DNA of 63,377 nt, the filler included, from Folioceros fuciformis (lineage: Eukaryota), in the NCBI GenBank assembly GCA_049999805.1. It is 6 parts of 6 records of this genome, joined end to end, with 100 filler letters (N's around TTAATTAATTAA, not from the genome) between each part and the next. Parts side by side here need not be neighbours in the genome. Positions count along the whole stretch, not along the records: positions 31,977 to 49,794 come from JBNGIO010005978.1; positions 49,895 to 53,162 come from JBNGIO010005984.1; 4 more parts are not named here. The stretch is one strand, 5' to 3'. Below, in pieces: positions 36,454-50,951 of the stretch. A model generated the notes under the pieces. That model was not told where the DNA came from, searched no databases, and was given only the letters and a program-made list of their open reading frames with translations. A program made the translations under genes and the position numbers. Position 1 is the stretch's first letter. Each line of letters begins with the position of its first letter.

Positions 36454-37876
36454 CTGCAAATTCTTCTACCTTAGAGGCTACTATAGTAGCTTTAGTTGAA
36501 AGCATATACAAAATAATTTAATCTTAAGCTATATCGCAATCTTCATTTTCCACGCACAACATGAGCTCATTGTGGCTTGTGATTCAATTATATGATGCAT
36601 TAGCTTTATAAGATGTATTAATGAAACCATTTTATATTTGCAATGGTTTTAATAATGGTATTGGTACTAAAAACTTAGACACCATTTCCAATGATATATG
36701 TGCAATAATGAAATGAATAAGTGTGGAATGAAAGCTTTTGGGCAACCTCACTTACCTATAAAATGGATGATTGGAACATTAAAGTCTATAACAACAAGTT
36801 TCACAGATTTATTCTAAACTTTTTTACCACTAATGCAAGATCTTCTCCCTACAACATAAATCCTATGAATGCAATATATGTTTGAATAGAAACTAGACTA
36901 TAAGCCATATAGTTGGTAGAAGATAGACACTAACATAGTAGGAAGAGGTTCTATAGACGCAGCAAAATTTTGGAGTAATTTGCTCGAAATTATTTTTTTC
37001 GAATTAAACTATGGAGTGGCTAGATTTTCTTTAAAAAATATAGGAGAAGTTTGGCATGGCAATTGGACTTCCCCTTGCCGTGGCCTTGCGGACCAGATCC
37101 ATTGTTATACATGGCTGATGGGAATTGAGTAGATCCGCCAAGACTAGAAGCCTGGACCAGGAGTATGGTATGAGATTGGCTTGCTTACCGAAGTAAGCTC
37201 CTGGCGCTACTCTATGGTCTGTGACATCGAAAGGTCTGACCAACATAAAGGACCACGATCGATCCATTCTCCAGAGTACGAAGCTTCCAGACATGTTGAC
37301 CAGACTTTGGTGCAAGAAAGAACGTAAGAGGTTCAAGGTTGTCATCTCATCTTCCATCTTCGGCTTCTGAATTGTTTCCAAAACACATGGAAGAAGTTGG
37401 CAGCTTGCATGGTGGGGCCGTCTCATTAGGATTGAGGCTAATCAAGGGGGCACAAGCTCACACTAGTGGACATGAATGCTAAGGACGACTTCTTCTGGCC
37501 AGCCAACGATGTTGGAACCAGGGGCTCAGTTTTGCGTAGGATGCCACTTGATGACAACTTCAAGATGTGGAGGTGGTCCTTGCAAGACTGAAGCTTGGAG
37601 GTTGGTGCAGCAAGAGCCGTGGTTGTGCCTTTCCTGCCAAGGAAGGGAATTAGGCCGCTATACACAGGACTCGATCTTGTGTTAAAGTTGTTGCTGGATC
37701 TAGAGCCAATCAATACTGGAGCAAGCACGCTCCACTATTATTAGTGTCAGTCTAGATGTTAGGCTAAACTCTTCCTCCTCCAAGAGTCACTCCCTTTCGG
37801 GGTGACTATAAGAGGTGTTGTAACCAAATGCAATTAATCATTCTTACATTCCCTTGCACCCACTGATTTTATATGC

Positions 37877-40800
37877 TGTTAGAGCTAGGATGCTTGATCG
37901 TAATGTGGAGACCTACCACTCCCATCTACCTTGTAAGAAGATGGACCAAGCATGACCATCATCTCGAGTAGGGTGGACTCGGCTCCCTATTATGTTTGGC
38001 CCCCCTTCATATCTCATGATTTGTTGGGCCCCTAGATGTTAAAGTTAGTAACCTAGACGTATGGCAAATTTACTTAGGGTTTACACATGTATAAATACCT
38101 TCAAGACACGTTTCATAATTAATTCGCTTAGTGCATATTCAAGCTTTCCAAGCTATCACGTAACGAGTGTTTTTCGTACGCTACTACACGTTGTCAAGCT
38201 GTCTTGACTCAATTCTATTATGGTATCAAAGCCTTATGCAGGTGACCATGCTCTGGCTACGATGCCGAGGAACAGGTCCAACTATGAATTTGGTGGAAGA
38301 GGAGGTTTCAGCAAGCCTTTTCCCAGGACTATTTGTAGATCATTTGCTCGCTTGTGTATTCTATGGGTTGGCAACAAATTTAAAATTGAGCAAAATCGCT
38401 TATCTTCTAAGAGATTCTCCATTGACATGTGGCAACAATCACTGTGAAGAATCCCCAACCCCTAATCTAATCTGATTAATGTGGACGCTTATACAGACCA
38501 AGTTATTATCCAGCACAGTCGCCTACAAAAAGACCATCTTCTGATCACCAACCTTGCAAGTAGAGCATGAGCACACTTTCTCATTCAACTCAAAATTTGG
38601 AAAGAACTCAGAGTGTTGTTGTCCAACAACAAGGATCATTTTCTAAAAGGCTGGATTCCACATGCATGAAGATTCACAAGTTTGCTGTTAAATTCTCCGC
38701 TGAAATAAAGAAATTGACTGAGGAACTACAAAATCTCAAAGTTATTCTTCGTTCCTTTGATGAGGAATGTTTAAACTGGCCTCATCTTTTCTAGATCTAT
38801 GCAAGGTGCAGGTTCTTTGGATTCTTCAGGTGCTAAAATTTATGTTGTTACCCCCATAATCTTGCTTTCTGCTGGTCTAGCACACACGATTAGAAATTGT
38901 TTCTCTTGAACCCACCAATGCCCTAGAAGATATTTCAGTAGTTTAGTTTTTCTAAATTCACTTTCCGCTGAAAAGCCACAAAACTGTAACTACTCATGTA
39001 TCAGATGGTTGGAGATTGTTTGCATGTCCACGAGAGATTCCCTTTGATTCCCTACTTACGGCGTAGATCCGATACACCTAATTTTAGTTCTCTATCCAAT
39101 CCTCTAGCTTCTCCCCCTTTCAAGACCATCCCCTTTATAGCCAGTTCAATTTGTTAAAATGGCATCTTCATGTATCCCAACTTTCACGACGGAATTGAAA
39201 GAAAAGGACCAGTTCAAGGGCTTTAGATATGAAGTGTTGCGTGTATGAATGATGTTTAATCTTTGTGCAAAGAGGTGTATGGGGAGTTGTGGATGGCACA
39301 TTTCCACAACCTGCCATACCTTCTATTGGAGCTGTAATTAGTTGTGGAGCAGTTCTAGTAACTCAAACAGATCTTGACAAGTGGAACAACCTAAACAGTG
39401 TAGCTTTTGCGATTTTGATCTTTGGACTTGATGAAGTCCTTATTCCCGATGTAGAGTATTTGACCACAACCCATGAAATCTAGAGTCAATTAAAAGCTAC
39501 ATACGATGTCAAGACAATGTTGACCTTATGTGTTGAAGATGCGGGAAGGTGAGAGTGTGGTTGTCCACACCAGCAAATTTCGTCACCTTCGCTTGCGCCT
39601 TGCACAAATGAACTCCACAATGACTAAAGAGGATGCAATTGTGCAGCTCCTGCTCAGCTTGTCTCCCTCGTATCAGACTTTTGTTTCACTCCAAAAGAGC
39701 CCCCTCATTACTGCAGGTCAAAGTAGATCAGCTGGCCATCAAGTTAGCTTGACTTCAAAAAATGTGATAGCTACACTTTAGCAAGAGGAGCATAGTTGAC
39801 TTCGACAAAATTCAGGTGGCTCTGGCAAGATTCAAACTGATAGTTTTGTACACCTCATGTCCGTGTGGAGGTCTTGGGAGAGGACGTGGTAGAGGAAGGA
39901 AATTCCTATCCTCTGGACAACAATAGCAGCAAACTCCCATTCCTAGTTCTTCTTCAACTACTAAGAAACTTGGCAATTGCAATTGGTGTAATATCCCAAG
40001 ACACTGGGAGAGGGAATGCCGCAAAAAGCAAGCATGAGAACCTCATCAGCCCAAACCTGGGGTTAATTCAATCACCAAGGAGAAAACTTCAACAGAAGGA
40101 GGCAAGGCTATAGTAAAGATTTTTACTATTTGCCTTTCCTCTTCTTCGAGTGCTCCTAGCAGCTGGTATCTTGACTTCGGTGCAACTACACATATTTGCA
40201 AAGACAAATGATTGTTCAACAGCTATACAGATGTTATTCACAACTCCAATTAGGCTGTCGTGCTTGGGGACGAACGGAAATCAACAAGTCTTCCAATTAA
40301 AGGTTACGGTACATGTTTCCTCATGACTGACAACTCAACCTTGCATCTTCTAGGAATTCTCTATGTACCTAGTATGGCAAAGAACCTCCTTTTTGTGAGG
40401 TCCTAACCTTTCATCATAACCTGGAGTTTTGATTCTTCAGCTCCACTTGCAAAATAGTCAAACAAGCTTCCAATTCACGTATTGGCAAAGGAATTCTTGA
40501 CTCTGAGCTGTACCGATGTGACTTGTGACTTGTGAGACATCTCCTGCTGCTCCAGTTGCCATAGCAACCTCTACATATCATCTGCCAACTACCAAACAAG
40601 CAAATTTATGGCATGCTCACCTTGGACATGTATATAAGAATTCTCTAATCAAGATGTCTATTGGGGACTGTTACGCTAAGCCCTTGCCACCTTCTTTCAA
40701 GGACTTACCTTTGTGTGAAGCCTGCTTGCTTGCCAAATAATGGGAGAAGCCTTTTTCACACTTTGGTTTTTGTACCTACGTAGTCCTTGATCTAATTCAT

Positions 40801-43510
40801 GCTAACATATATGGCAAATTGCAAACCAAGTCCATAGGCGGCTTGTTATATTACCTAACAATCACAAATGATTTCAGCTGCTACACTTGGACCTACCCTA
40901 TGGCAAGGAAAAGTGATACATTTACCTATTTTGAAAAGTGGTTGCCTATGGCATAACGACACTCTGGACGTTCCCTCAAGTGCATCCGTTCTGACAACGG
41001 AACTGATCATTTGACTAGTATCTCCAAGAACGTGGTATTATCCACCAGCTCACAGTTCCATATACACCACAACAAAATGGCGTTGTGGAGCGTAAGAACC
41101 AAACCCTCATGGGGATGACCAAAAGTATGCTAAATTGGGCAAGCTTACCTGCTGAATGTTGGGCCAAAGGCATTGTGACATCGACATATATTTTGAATCA
41201 AGTTCTCACTACGTCTCTCTTAGGCAAGACTCCTTTTGAATTGTTTTGGGGTCGGAAACCTAGCATTCTTCATCTTAGGGTTTTTGGATCCACTACCTTC
41301 GCATACATACTAGAAGCCAAACATCACAAGCTTGATTCTAGATCACAAGCTTTGTTGTTCGTAGGTTATAGTGAAGAGGCAAAGGCAAATAAATTCATTG
41401 ATCCACTTACCCTCACACATACCATAGCTCGCAGTGTGGTTTTCAAAGAACTCATAGAGCCTAAATCTCCCAATCGGACCTAGTATGTATGCTGATTCTG
41501 ACTCCTCTGATGATGTGGACATCCCTATTGGCTTGGTTGGTTTTGATCCTTAACCCGTTTAGTTCTCACAAGAGCACCCTGCCGGCATTCCACTAGTCAC
41601 AAATGATACTCAACCTTCAAATTCAAACTTTGATTTTGTTATGGTCCCTGAACCTGCTACACCAGATATTGGTGCAAATGTTGATGCACCAGATGTAGAT
41701 GTAGTCCAAAATCCTCCATTTGATATTGTCCATGAGCTTGCTCCTGACTTAGACTCCCAAGTTCAAAATGAGGCATCACCAGTTCCTACTACAGCCATCA
41801 AACCTCCAAGATGTTATCCACTCAAGACTCGCTATCCTCCCTCACAATGGGCAAAATCCCCCTATGTTTTCTACGATTTTCGTGTCTTTGCATACACTAC
41901 AACCGCTGGCAGCTCACCAATTCTTGACCCCATTTCCATGGATGAGGCTTATTTTGGCCCTCATACCCATCATTGGCAAGATGCTATGGAGGAGGAATAT
42001 TAGTCAATAATTAAAAATAAAACATGGGTACTTACAGACTTACCACCTGGTCGAAAGGCTGCCACATGTAAATTAGTCTTCAAGACTAAGCTAAATGCCA
42101 CAGGTGAGATTGCCATATATAAAGCCTGCCTCTATGCCCTTGGCTTCACTCAGGTTCATGGTGTAGACTACCAGGAGACCTTCTCTCCTATTGTCATAGC
42201 ACAATTTGTTAGAATGCTGCTTGTTGCTAAGTTAAACCTCGAGCTACATCAAATGGATGTATGTATAACATTCTTACATGGTGAGATTGAGGAAGAAATA
42301 TATATGGAGCAGCCCCAAGGCTATGTAGACAAGTGTTATCCAAAGAAGTCCTAAAGCTACTCAAGGCTCTATACAAACTCAAGCAAAGTGCTATGCTATG
42401 GAACAAGAAGATGAACAAAGAATTGAAGGTCTTAGGTTTTGTGCAAAGTTCAGCAGACTTATCTGTTTGTTATCTGGTTGACGGTACTTCCTTCTGCATC
42501 CTTGCTATTTACGTTGACGACTATATTTTTTTCCTGCACCGACACTCAACTTCTTGATACAATTAAGAATCTTCTCAGTTGCAAGTTTGAAATGAAGGAT
42601 GTGGGAGCACTTAAGTTATGCCTTGGCATTCAAGTGCTCAAGAATAGGGAAAAGGGACTCATCATTATCCATCAGAAGAAATATATCACTCAAATTTTAA
42701 AACATTTTGAACTTGATCAAGCTCGGCCTGTCTCTACTCCAAGTTCTGTGGGAGTTAAACTCACTTTTGATCAATGTGCTAATACACATGAAGAGATTGC
42801 AAACATGGAGAAGGTTCCATACTGACATGCCGTTGGATGCTTGATCTTCATTTCTAATTGAACCCGTCCTGACATTTCATTTTCAGTTAGCTATGTCTCT
42901 CAAAGTCTAGAAAAACTATGACGTGTTCGCTAGGCAGCTGTGAAGCAAATTTACCATTACCTGAAGGGCACCATACATTACAACATATTCTTCCAATCTG
43001 GCTCTCCTTCTGGACTGACTATATTGGCTTATACAAATGCAGACTGGGCATCCGACCTAGATTTCCGGAAGAGTTTATCAGCTTATTGTTTTCTATTGGC
43101 TGGAGGATCTGTCAACTGTTCTTGCAAGAAACAAGCATCAATTGCTTTATGTACTAAGGCTGAGTACATTTCACTAACTGATTTTGCTAAAGAGGTTGAG
43201 TTGGAGAGATCTTACTTGAAGGATCTCCACCTTGAATAGATAGGTCCAAGCACTATCTATGGCTGTGATAGCAACTCAGCCATTGCCCTCATTGCCAACC
43301 CTCGTTTTCACGCAAGGACAAAACACTTTGAGATCAAGCACCACTATATTAGGGATTTTGTATCAAGAGGTGTGATTCAGGTGGAATACATCCCTACTAC
43401 TAAGAATACCGCTGACATATTGACAAAGGCATTGCCCAAGTTGAAATACTCAATCTATAGGGAGTCCTTAGGGCTCCGAGACTTTAGCTACCTACTTTGA
43501 GAGGTATGAA
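37877..43510 (+). mobile_element. Degenerate near-full-length Copia LTR retrotransposon
   Basis: PBS TGGTATCAAAGCC (tRNA-iMet type) at 38221; gag from 39159; knuckle CNWCNIPRHWEREC; protease WYLDFGAT; integrase (IRSDNG, PQQNGVVERKN); RT (LHQMDV, IYVDD); RNase H (HARTKHFEIKHH, DILTKAL). Many stops and frameshifts. The 5' LTR start is approximate and no 3' LTR was recognised. Confidence 0.93.
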
Positions 43511-43879
43511 GGCTGATTTTCTAACCTTGTTTGTTTGTGGAGGGGGTTGGGGACCTAAGTCCTCAGGTCTTCAAGCCAAGATTAAGCAAAGAGGAAGCAT
43601 GGATGAATCGTTTCTCTCCTTATCTAGTCTTATTTCCTCTGTCTTTTGTCATTTTGTGGGACCTCCCTTCCTTCATAATATGCACTCACAGTTTTCTAAG
43701 TGCTCATTCCCAACACCATGAATACTATGAATTATGGCTTGTCATCAGTGCCAAGATGGACGTAGAGCTCATCACTTGATTTCCTTGAATTTCTTCTTCA
43801 AAATTTCTCTAAGCAATGCCGGAATGAAGCCACCCAAGTGAATAATCCATAGGGCCTACTTGGAAATTTTGGCTGCCCC

Positions 43880-44650
43880 ACCTTTGTTCACGTTCCCAAG
43901 GTTTTGAGGCGGAAGCTCGACTTGAAGTCCAAGGCTAGCATCCTCTACTACAGCAAAAAATGTCAAGGCCTACCAAATCTACTTAACGGACTCTCGGTGC
44001 CTTGTCTTTGCTCGCGATGTTATCTTCAATGAGGCACCCCTCCTTCTCTTGCTTGATGTTGGGGGAGATGTTGTTCCTGACTTGATGTTTCCACTGACGT
44101 TAGTGCAGGAGGGGAGGATGAATGGGAGCCCACACCACCACCAGCTACACACAATCCCTATGTTCCTCCAGTTGCAATCTGACCACCAACGATTGCGCTC
44201 ATGCCCCCACTGGCGTCTACTCCTCCTGTCTCCCCTGCTTCCCCTATAGCTCCATCCACCTCTCAAGCTCCCTTCACTTCCTTGCCATCCAGCAGCGGAG
44301 ACTCAGACCTTGACCCTGGCGGCTTCCCTCTCATCCTTGCCAAAGAGGTATCTCACCCCCCTGATTTACCTTCTCATGTAGATGGACCTCCTGCCCTTCA
44401 GCGCTCGATGAGGGAATGGACTCTTAGTAGGAAAGCAATTGAGAACCTTGAGCAAACTCAAAGAACCTCCTACATGCAGGCCACCAATATGGCCGCATTT
44501 CCACTCGTTCAAGACTTGCTTTCCACTTCAGAAGTCTTGGAGCCTACCACCCTTTCAGCCACCTTGTCCGGGCCATAAGTAACAAAGTGAAAGACAGCCA
44601 TTGACAACGAGTTCTAGTCACTACAACACATGGTGCCTCTGTGATCTACG
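43880..44650 (+). mobile_element. Copia fragment (integrase C-terminus to start of RT)
   Basis: RCLVFARDVIFNE, a Pro/Ser-rich linker, EPTTLSATLSGP and a degenerate KTAIDNEF..TW motif. Confidence 0.7.
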
Positions 44651-46539
44651 TGCATGTAGATTCCTTCTACACGTGAGCAGACTCAAATTCACTGGAATCT
44701 CATCCAATCCTATAGATTCTTGTCCTACAGGGCTGGGGAATGTGGCATCTTCAGATATGTTCTCCTTTGGAAGAGGCAAGAGGCTCCTACATGCCTTGGG
44801 AACAAGATCATCTTCAGAAAAGTCATGTGCAAATCAATTTGCTCTTGGGTTGGAGGTGGGCAAGCAATGCAGTCACAAGGGATTGTGACATCACATAGAT
44901 ATTGATCCAGTTGGTGAGGATCAATTGCAGGAAGTCCTCTCCTATGATTTGTGCTACAAATTGCAGCCATCTAGGTGTGGGAGTCCATCCAAAAGATGTG
45001 GATCAAACTGAAATCAATGGCTTTGGAGGTTGATTTGATGCTCCACGTCGTGATCGTCGTCCAATTTGTCAATTCCTAACTGTGAGAGCTAAAAGATGAG
45101 GATTGAGATAGGTGGATCCTTGCACGCTGCACCTCAAGAGTCGGTCACGATACACCGAAACATAAGGTGGGATACAGGCGCGGTGAGCCTCTCCCAAATG
45201 AAAATAAAGTCATTTATGACTTCAAGCTTATGTCTTTAGATATCTCTTTCCAACACACACATGTGCAAGAAGGGTGACCTGAGTCATATCAAGCTTCATA
45301 TCAAAACTGATTAAGCACCCTTGGGGCGGATTAGTATTGGGATGGGGGTTCAATTAAAGTTCTCTTTTCTTTGGTTTCTCTTTTGACGATTCAAAACAAG
45401 TTCTGAATTATAGGATGCATGTAAGAGGTTTGCAACAACTTTCTACTAGGCATTCTATCAATAAAGAAGTATCTCTTGATTCGATTAATCAAGAGATCTG
45501 TTGTTAAAGAAGCCATGGTGTTACATGGCTCTCATACTAAGTTAGAATTGCTAATGCGGAAGTAGATGCATCAAATATGATCTATTAATAACTGAATGGG
45601 TGGGTACATTGGTAGGCCTCAAATAGTAGTTTAACAAAGAGGTGTGTCCTTTAACTAGCATATTAGTTAACTAACTGCACTTATAACTAGGTCTAGTTAG
45701 ACTAATGTAATATAGAACCACGTGGTTTGCCTTATATTCCAACTTGAAGAAGGGTTTGGGTGAGCTCCACCCTTCGAATCCTCGAGGTTGATAATGTATG
45801 CAAACATCAAGCATTCGCACATGCACTAAGTACGCGTGCGAATGCTTCATGCGAATGAATGACCCAGGGATATATATAGTGAAAGTGGAAATGTGACCAC
45901 TAACTAAGGGATCTTGAGAGAATAGGGGTTTCTTCATCCATAGTAAGCAGGACGTGAGTTTGTGTTTTCCCTTCGCCACAACACAAGTACTCACTAGATT
46001 ATACCTAAAATATTATTTTCTACAATGACTACAAAGTAGTGTGGCAGCAAGCTATAGAGGCCGCTAGCCCTGCAAAGTAGGCCACACCTACCTTTAGAAT
46101 CAAGTAATCTACATGCACACTAGTTTCTCTTATAGCCATTTTTAACTTCTAAGATACATTATAAGCCTGGAAGATATTCTCCTCCACAATTCTAACTAAG
46201 AGTCATGCCACTTATCAACCATCCAATGTACAAGTAATTTAGCCCAAACTAATGACTGACAATGACATGCAACCCAATATTACATCTTTGACCTTTGATT
46301 TGAGGCTTAATGAACTTGAACACATGATCGAACAAAGGAGTCCCATGGCCATAACAAACCATGTGCTATCTCCTCATGTAAGAACCAACACATGTGTTCA
46401 AGTCATCTTGCATCTTCAAACTGGTGTCATGCAATGTCTTCAAAAGCTTGACCAACTTAATGGTATTTTAGACATATAGACAGGCCCATATGTACTATAT
46501 GATGCATCGGCAAACAATGTTCAGTCCACACTTGTGGTG

Positions 46540-46990
46540 GCAAAACCCTAGGCACTATTTGCCAACGGGTTCAACCTTTAGCGGCCACACTTATCTCACT
46601 GTCGTTGAGACATTGGGTTTCGTTCCCACAAAGGAGCGATGGGGTTCCTAGCTGCTCTGGATGGAAGGTCCGAGTCAAGTGACTCGATGACGGATTTGGG
46701 GGCTCCCCTCCAGCTCCGATCAGGCGTAGGACAATCCTTGCTGTCCAGCAGCCAACTGCACCTCTTTCGATGCCCAAAAACTCACTCCAGTCACTACAAT
46801 GACCCTAACTTCTCAAATTTGCGACTTCCCTCACTTCACTTCACTTCACTTCACTCACTCACTCACTCACTCCAGCAACAGCACCACCAACAACCAGCAA
46901 TCAGCAATGACACCACTACCTTCCACGCTTTCCTATTGACTCCCCCTACCTGGCAAGAGTCACTAGAGGTAGGGTCAGCAAGTTGTAGGG
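46540..46990 (-). repeat. LTR-like repeat homologous to 53440-53830 (inverted orientation)
   Basis: Long shared blocks such as gtcattgtagtgactgga, tgtcctacgcctgatcggagctggaggggagccc and gggaacgaaacccaatgtctcaacgaca. Confidence 0.85.
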
Positions 46991-47176
46991 CCAACTCATT
47001 GGCAGCAAGATGTATTAGGAAAGTCTAAATAAGTGGCTGGTGACAACCGGCTAGGCTAGTGGTCCTATTAAAATAATATTTGTCAAGATAGAGAGGTGAA
47101 GTCAGAGAGAGAGAGGCTCTTATAAGATCAGGTGAGCTTGTAGGAGGCAGGTTATCACTTTGCGAGCTCTCTTAGG

Positions 47177-49712
47177 TGTTAAAAATCAAGCTCTAATTGA
47201 ATTGTTATTAAGAGCATACAACACTTAGAATAGTGTAGATTATCCCATATTGAACTTGTAGTTATCTATCGCCTAAGTGTTATCAGGATATATCAGGATA
47301 TACTAGGATATTGCACCCTCGAGACTAAGGCTTACCTTATCAAGGGTTGCCCCGCCTGAAGGCTATATATGTAGCATCCTGTGCACCATAAGTAAGGAAC
47401 TGTGGAGTCCTTCTAAGCATGTGGTGCTATTTCAACATGGTATCAGAGCCAGAGAGAGTGTCGGTGCCACCGGTGGGCTATGGCGGGGGTTTGAGGCTAT
47501 GGCTGTGAGCGTGAAGGTGGCTGGCAACGCAAGCCATCGAGAGGCGCAGGAGGCGCAGCGGCGTAGGCGGTGTAGGAAGCCGCAACATGCGCTACAGGCA
47601 CAAGAGCGCGCGAGAGGCGCGAGAGGGAGACTCAGGAGGAGCAGCAACTACTGGAGACAACCAGGCCGTGGAAGCCACAGCAGGGCCAGGATTTGCGAGG
47701 AGAAAGGCCTGAACTTGGCAAACAGTGTTTTGTTTTTTTTGTTTTTGAAAGCTTGAGCAAAGGCTGTTTTTGCTTAGCGAAGAGTCAGCTGCACATTCAG
47801 GAATTGTTGAGATTTGATTGAGGCTTGTGGAGTGCTGGAGCTCTACAGCAGGGCACGGAGTTGCAGCACAAGTGTTGGTGCGTAAAGGAGCCTGAATCAT
47901 GGCTAATGTGTAGGGATCGGACAATATCTCTCAGGTCGTGGGAGAGAAGTTGGATAATAAGAATTTTGCTTTGTGGAAGTTCAGGATGAAGAACTTCTTG
48001 GTAGGTAGAGGCTATTGGGACCTCTGCACAGGTGATGAGAGTGAACCAGAGATGGATCGTACTCCATCACAGGAGCAAAAGACTGCTCACAAGCATTGGG
48101 CAGAGAGAGCATGTAAAGTGTTACACTAGCTCTCCTTAAGCATTTCAGATGCTATGGTCATATAGATCACGGGATGTGAGTCTCCGAAAGATGCATGGGA
48201 CATACTCATGAGGAACTATGGAAATGTCACACATGCTAGGAAAATCTAGTTGAAGCAGTAGTTCAACAACTTGTCACGAGGTAGTAGATCCATACTCGTG
48301 TATACAACAGAGGTGAAGACCATAGCTGATCAGCTTGCTACAATCAGTGCAAGTGTGATGGAAGATGAAATGGTTGCAGTTACTCTGAACGGACTTGGCA
48401 AGGAGTACAAGTCCTTTGACACATCAATCTCTGTGAGAGTTGAGTTCCCAAGTTGGGATGAATTGATTGCTTTGTTGCTGCATGAGGAAGTTAAGCTTGG
48501 TCTGAACACAGGTTCAGGTATATCTCAAGGGAGAGACACTGTTTTGTTTTCTAACCAGCGTGGGAGAGGCCACAGAGGTCGTGGTTCATTCCGAGGACGG
48601 GGTGATGCTCGGAACACACAAAATCAGCAAGACAATTGGCGTGGAGGAAATGCGCAAGGCCAGAGAGAATCTGGAAGTTTTAGAGGTGCAGGTAGAGCCA
48701 CAAGAGGAAGAGATGGTTCTTTTCAATCTCATGACCATTCCAATAGAGACAAGAAGTGTTACTACTGTGGTAAGGTTGGTCATATTGCCAAGGACTGCTA
48801 TAAGCAGCAAGCAGACATGAGAGGAAAAGGAAGGCAGCATGGGAACTATGCCTCCTCTAGTAATGCTGGAAATGACCAGGATAGGTTGTTTGCCATGCAA
48901 CATCTCTTTGAATAGGATGGGCAGAATGATGAGAGATGGTACATTGATTTAGGAGCATTAAACCACATGACTCCGCATAACGAGTGGTTTAACAAGATGG
49001 ATGCAGGTCCCCATGGTCATGTGTGTACAGGAGATGACACACAACATGACATAAACCACAGAGGAATTGTTCCTCTTAGGATGCCGAATGGTCAGCAGAA
49101 GAGTCTGCAAGATGTGTTGCATGTTCCAACCATTATGAAGAACGTGTTGTCTGTTGGACAGATGGCTGAACAAAATCTGCAGGTTCGATTCAATAAAGAT
49201 GGATGCTTTATTGAAGAATATGATAGAGGGCGCAAACTAATTGCTAAAGGTAGTAGGAATGGACGGATGTTCACTCTGGATGCATCCATTCCAGAGCTAA
49301 ATGCAGCAATGTTTGCAAATGATGCAGGTGCCATACGTGATGTTGAAATATGGCATAAGAGGATTGGGCATGTGAACATAGAGAAGCTGAAATCTATGCA
49401 ACAGAAAAGCGTGGTGGAAGGATTGCCCAAGTTCAAGTATGCTGATCTTGGTCATGTGTGTTCTGCATGTCAATTTGGAAAGGTTTCCATTTGTGCGACA
49501 CATGCAGAATAGCTCGAGACCTTTGCAATTGATACACTCTGATGTATGGGGTCTTCACAGAATGCATCGTTTGAAGGAGCCCACTACTATGTCTCCTTCA
49601 TTGATGATTTCAGCAGGTACACGTGGCTGTACATACTGAAGCATAAGGATGAAGTGTTCGAGTCTTTCAAGGACTTCAAAATGCATGCTAAAAATGAATT
49701 CAGCTGCTCCAT
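47177..49712 (+). mobile_element. Copia LTR retrotransposon, 5' half (LTR, PBS, gag, protease, start of integrase), cut by another element
   Basis: LTR TGTTAAAAAT...ATTTCAACA (47177-47437); perfect PBS TGGTATCAGAGCC at 47438; gag EKLDNKNFALWKFRMKNFL; knuckle CYYCGKVGHIAKDC; WHKRIGH..C..CQFGK; LIHSDVWG; FIDDFSRYTW. In-frame stops are present. Confidence 0.95.
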
Positions 49713-50155
49713 TGTGAACCTCCAAAGTTTGGGGTAGTAGTTTGTTCTGGTTGAAAAAGGGTTAATAGTGGTATGGTTTGGTTTTCTTTTTCTANNNNNN
49801 NNNNNNNNNNNNNNNNNNNNNNNNNNNNNNNNNNNNNNTTAATTAATTAANNNNNNNNNNNNNNNNNNNNNNNNNNNNNNNNNNNNNNNNNNNNGAAAAC
49901 CTATCATTTCCCAGGGGTCTGTTCAGCATGTGGAGTCCACACATTTTCAGCACATGGCTGCCTTAGGTCTGAAGGAGTTCAGCTACTCTAAGAAATCAAA
50001 CCGACTTTCCTAAGCAGTTCTATGGCTGAAACTGAAGATTGCTGGTACTTTCACACAGTGTGTGTGCACCTTAGTGGCCACTGCCACTGGTATGATGAGG
50101 AGCAGCTTCAGACTTACTACCATCCTGCAAGTGGAGGTCAGGTCTTAGGTTAGCA

Positions 50156-50951
50156 TCATAACTGCATGCATGTCTGGAGGATGAAGCAACAACTCAAAAT
50201 CAAAACGTAGGCATGGCGTGCAACAGATTTAGTTAAGAAGCTCACCTCTCTAAGCTTCTTCCCACAAAGGGGGCACAGACGGTTTTGGTGAGTGCACACA
50301 CTACAGTCTCGCCTCCTCTGAGCTATATTGAAGAAAGCTCTGTTGGCGGCTGTAGTTGAGTTCGCCATAGCCTCTTCAACCAGAGCTGCCTTCTGTCTTA
50401 TCACCTTAGCCTTCTTCGTATCCAGTTGTGCCTCCATCTCTGCTAGGGTTGCCATGACAGAAGAGACCTGCTGCTCTAACACAAAAACAATGGGAGCTAC
50501 CTCTTTTTCTCTGGCTTGGCGACTGGAGAATTCTTCCACAGCATCTGAATTTTTCGTCAATGTGGGTCATGCTGGGTTCAGACTCTGAAGACTCCAGCTC
50601 GATAATGACAGGAACTGATGGTAGAGCTCTTGCTGGACGGCGTTCATTGATTGGTAGGGCTTCATGTGCAGCCACAACAACTTGGTGATCTGCTCTACGC
50701 GTTGCAGAATGACCTCTTGCTCCACCTCCATTGCTGCTACTTGTCTTCTTCATGCTGACACGCTTAGGGCTCTGAATGGGGCTCGCGCCGCTGGAGGCTT
50801 CTGAGCGACTTGCACCGGCTAAGCGAGTCTTCATCTTTAGGTCTGAGCAAGGGCCTGATTTGCTGAGCAAACAGCGAGCACGATATTTCAGTAAGAAAGT
50901 CACGAGCTCCTTGCCGAGTTTAATGCAAGTACGGCCTTTTGAGCTGAACAT
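50156..50951 (-). other. Two overlapping ORFs of unknown function (Ser-rich region, coiled coil, CxxC-CxxC); possible frameshifted gene or TE accessory gene
   Basis: ORFs 50951-50406 and 50560-50156; motif CSVCTHQNRLCPLC is followed by a possible GT donor. Confidence 0.3.

Noticed and set aside
37031..37730. Possible Gypsy integrase tail remnant (KKLAACMVGP on the + strand)
   Set aside because: It is too degraded to support beyond one weak motif.
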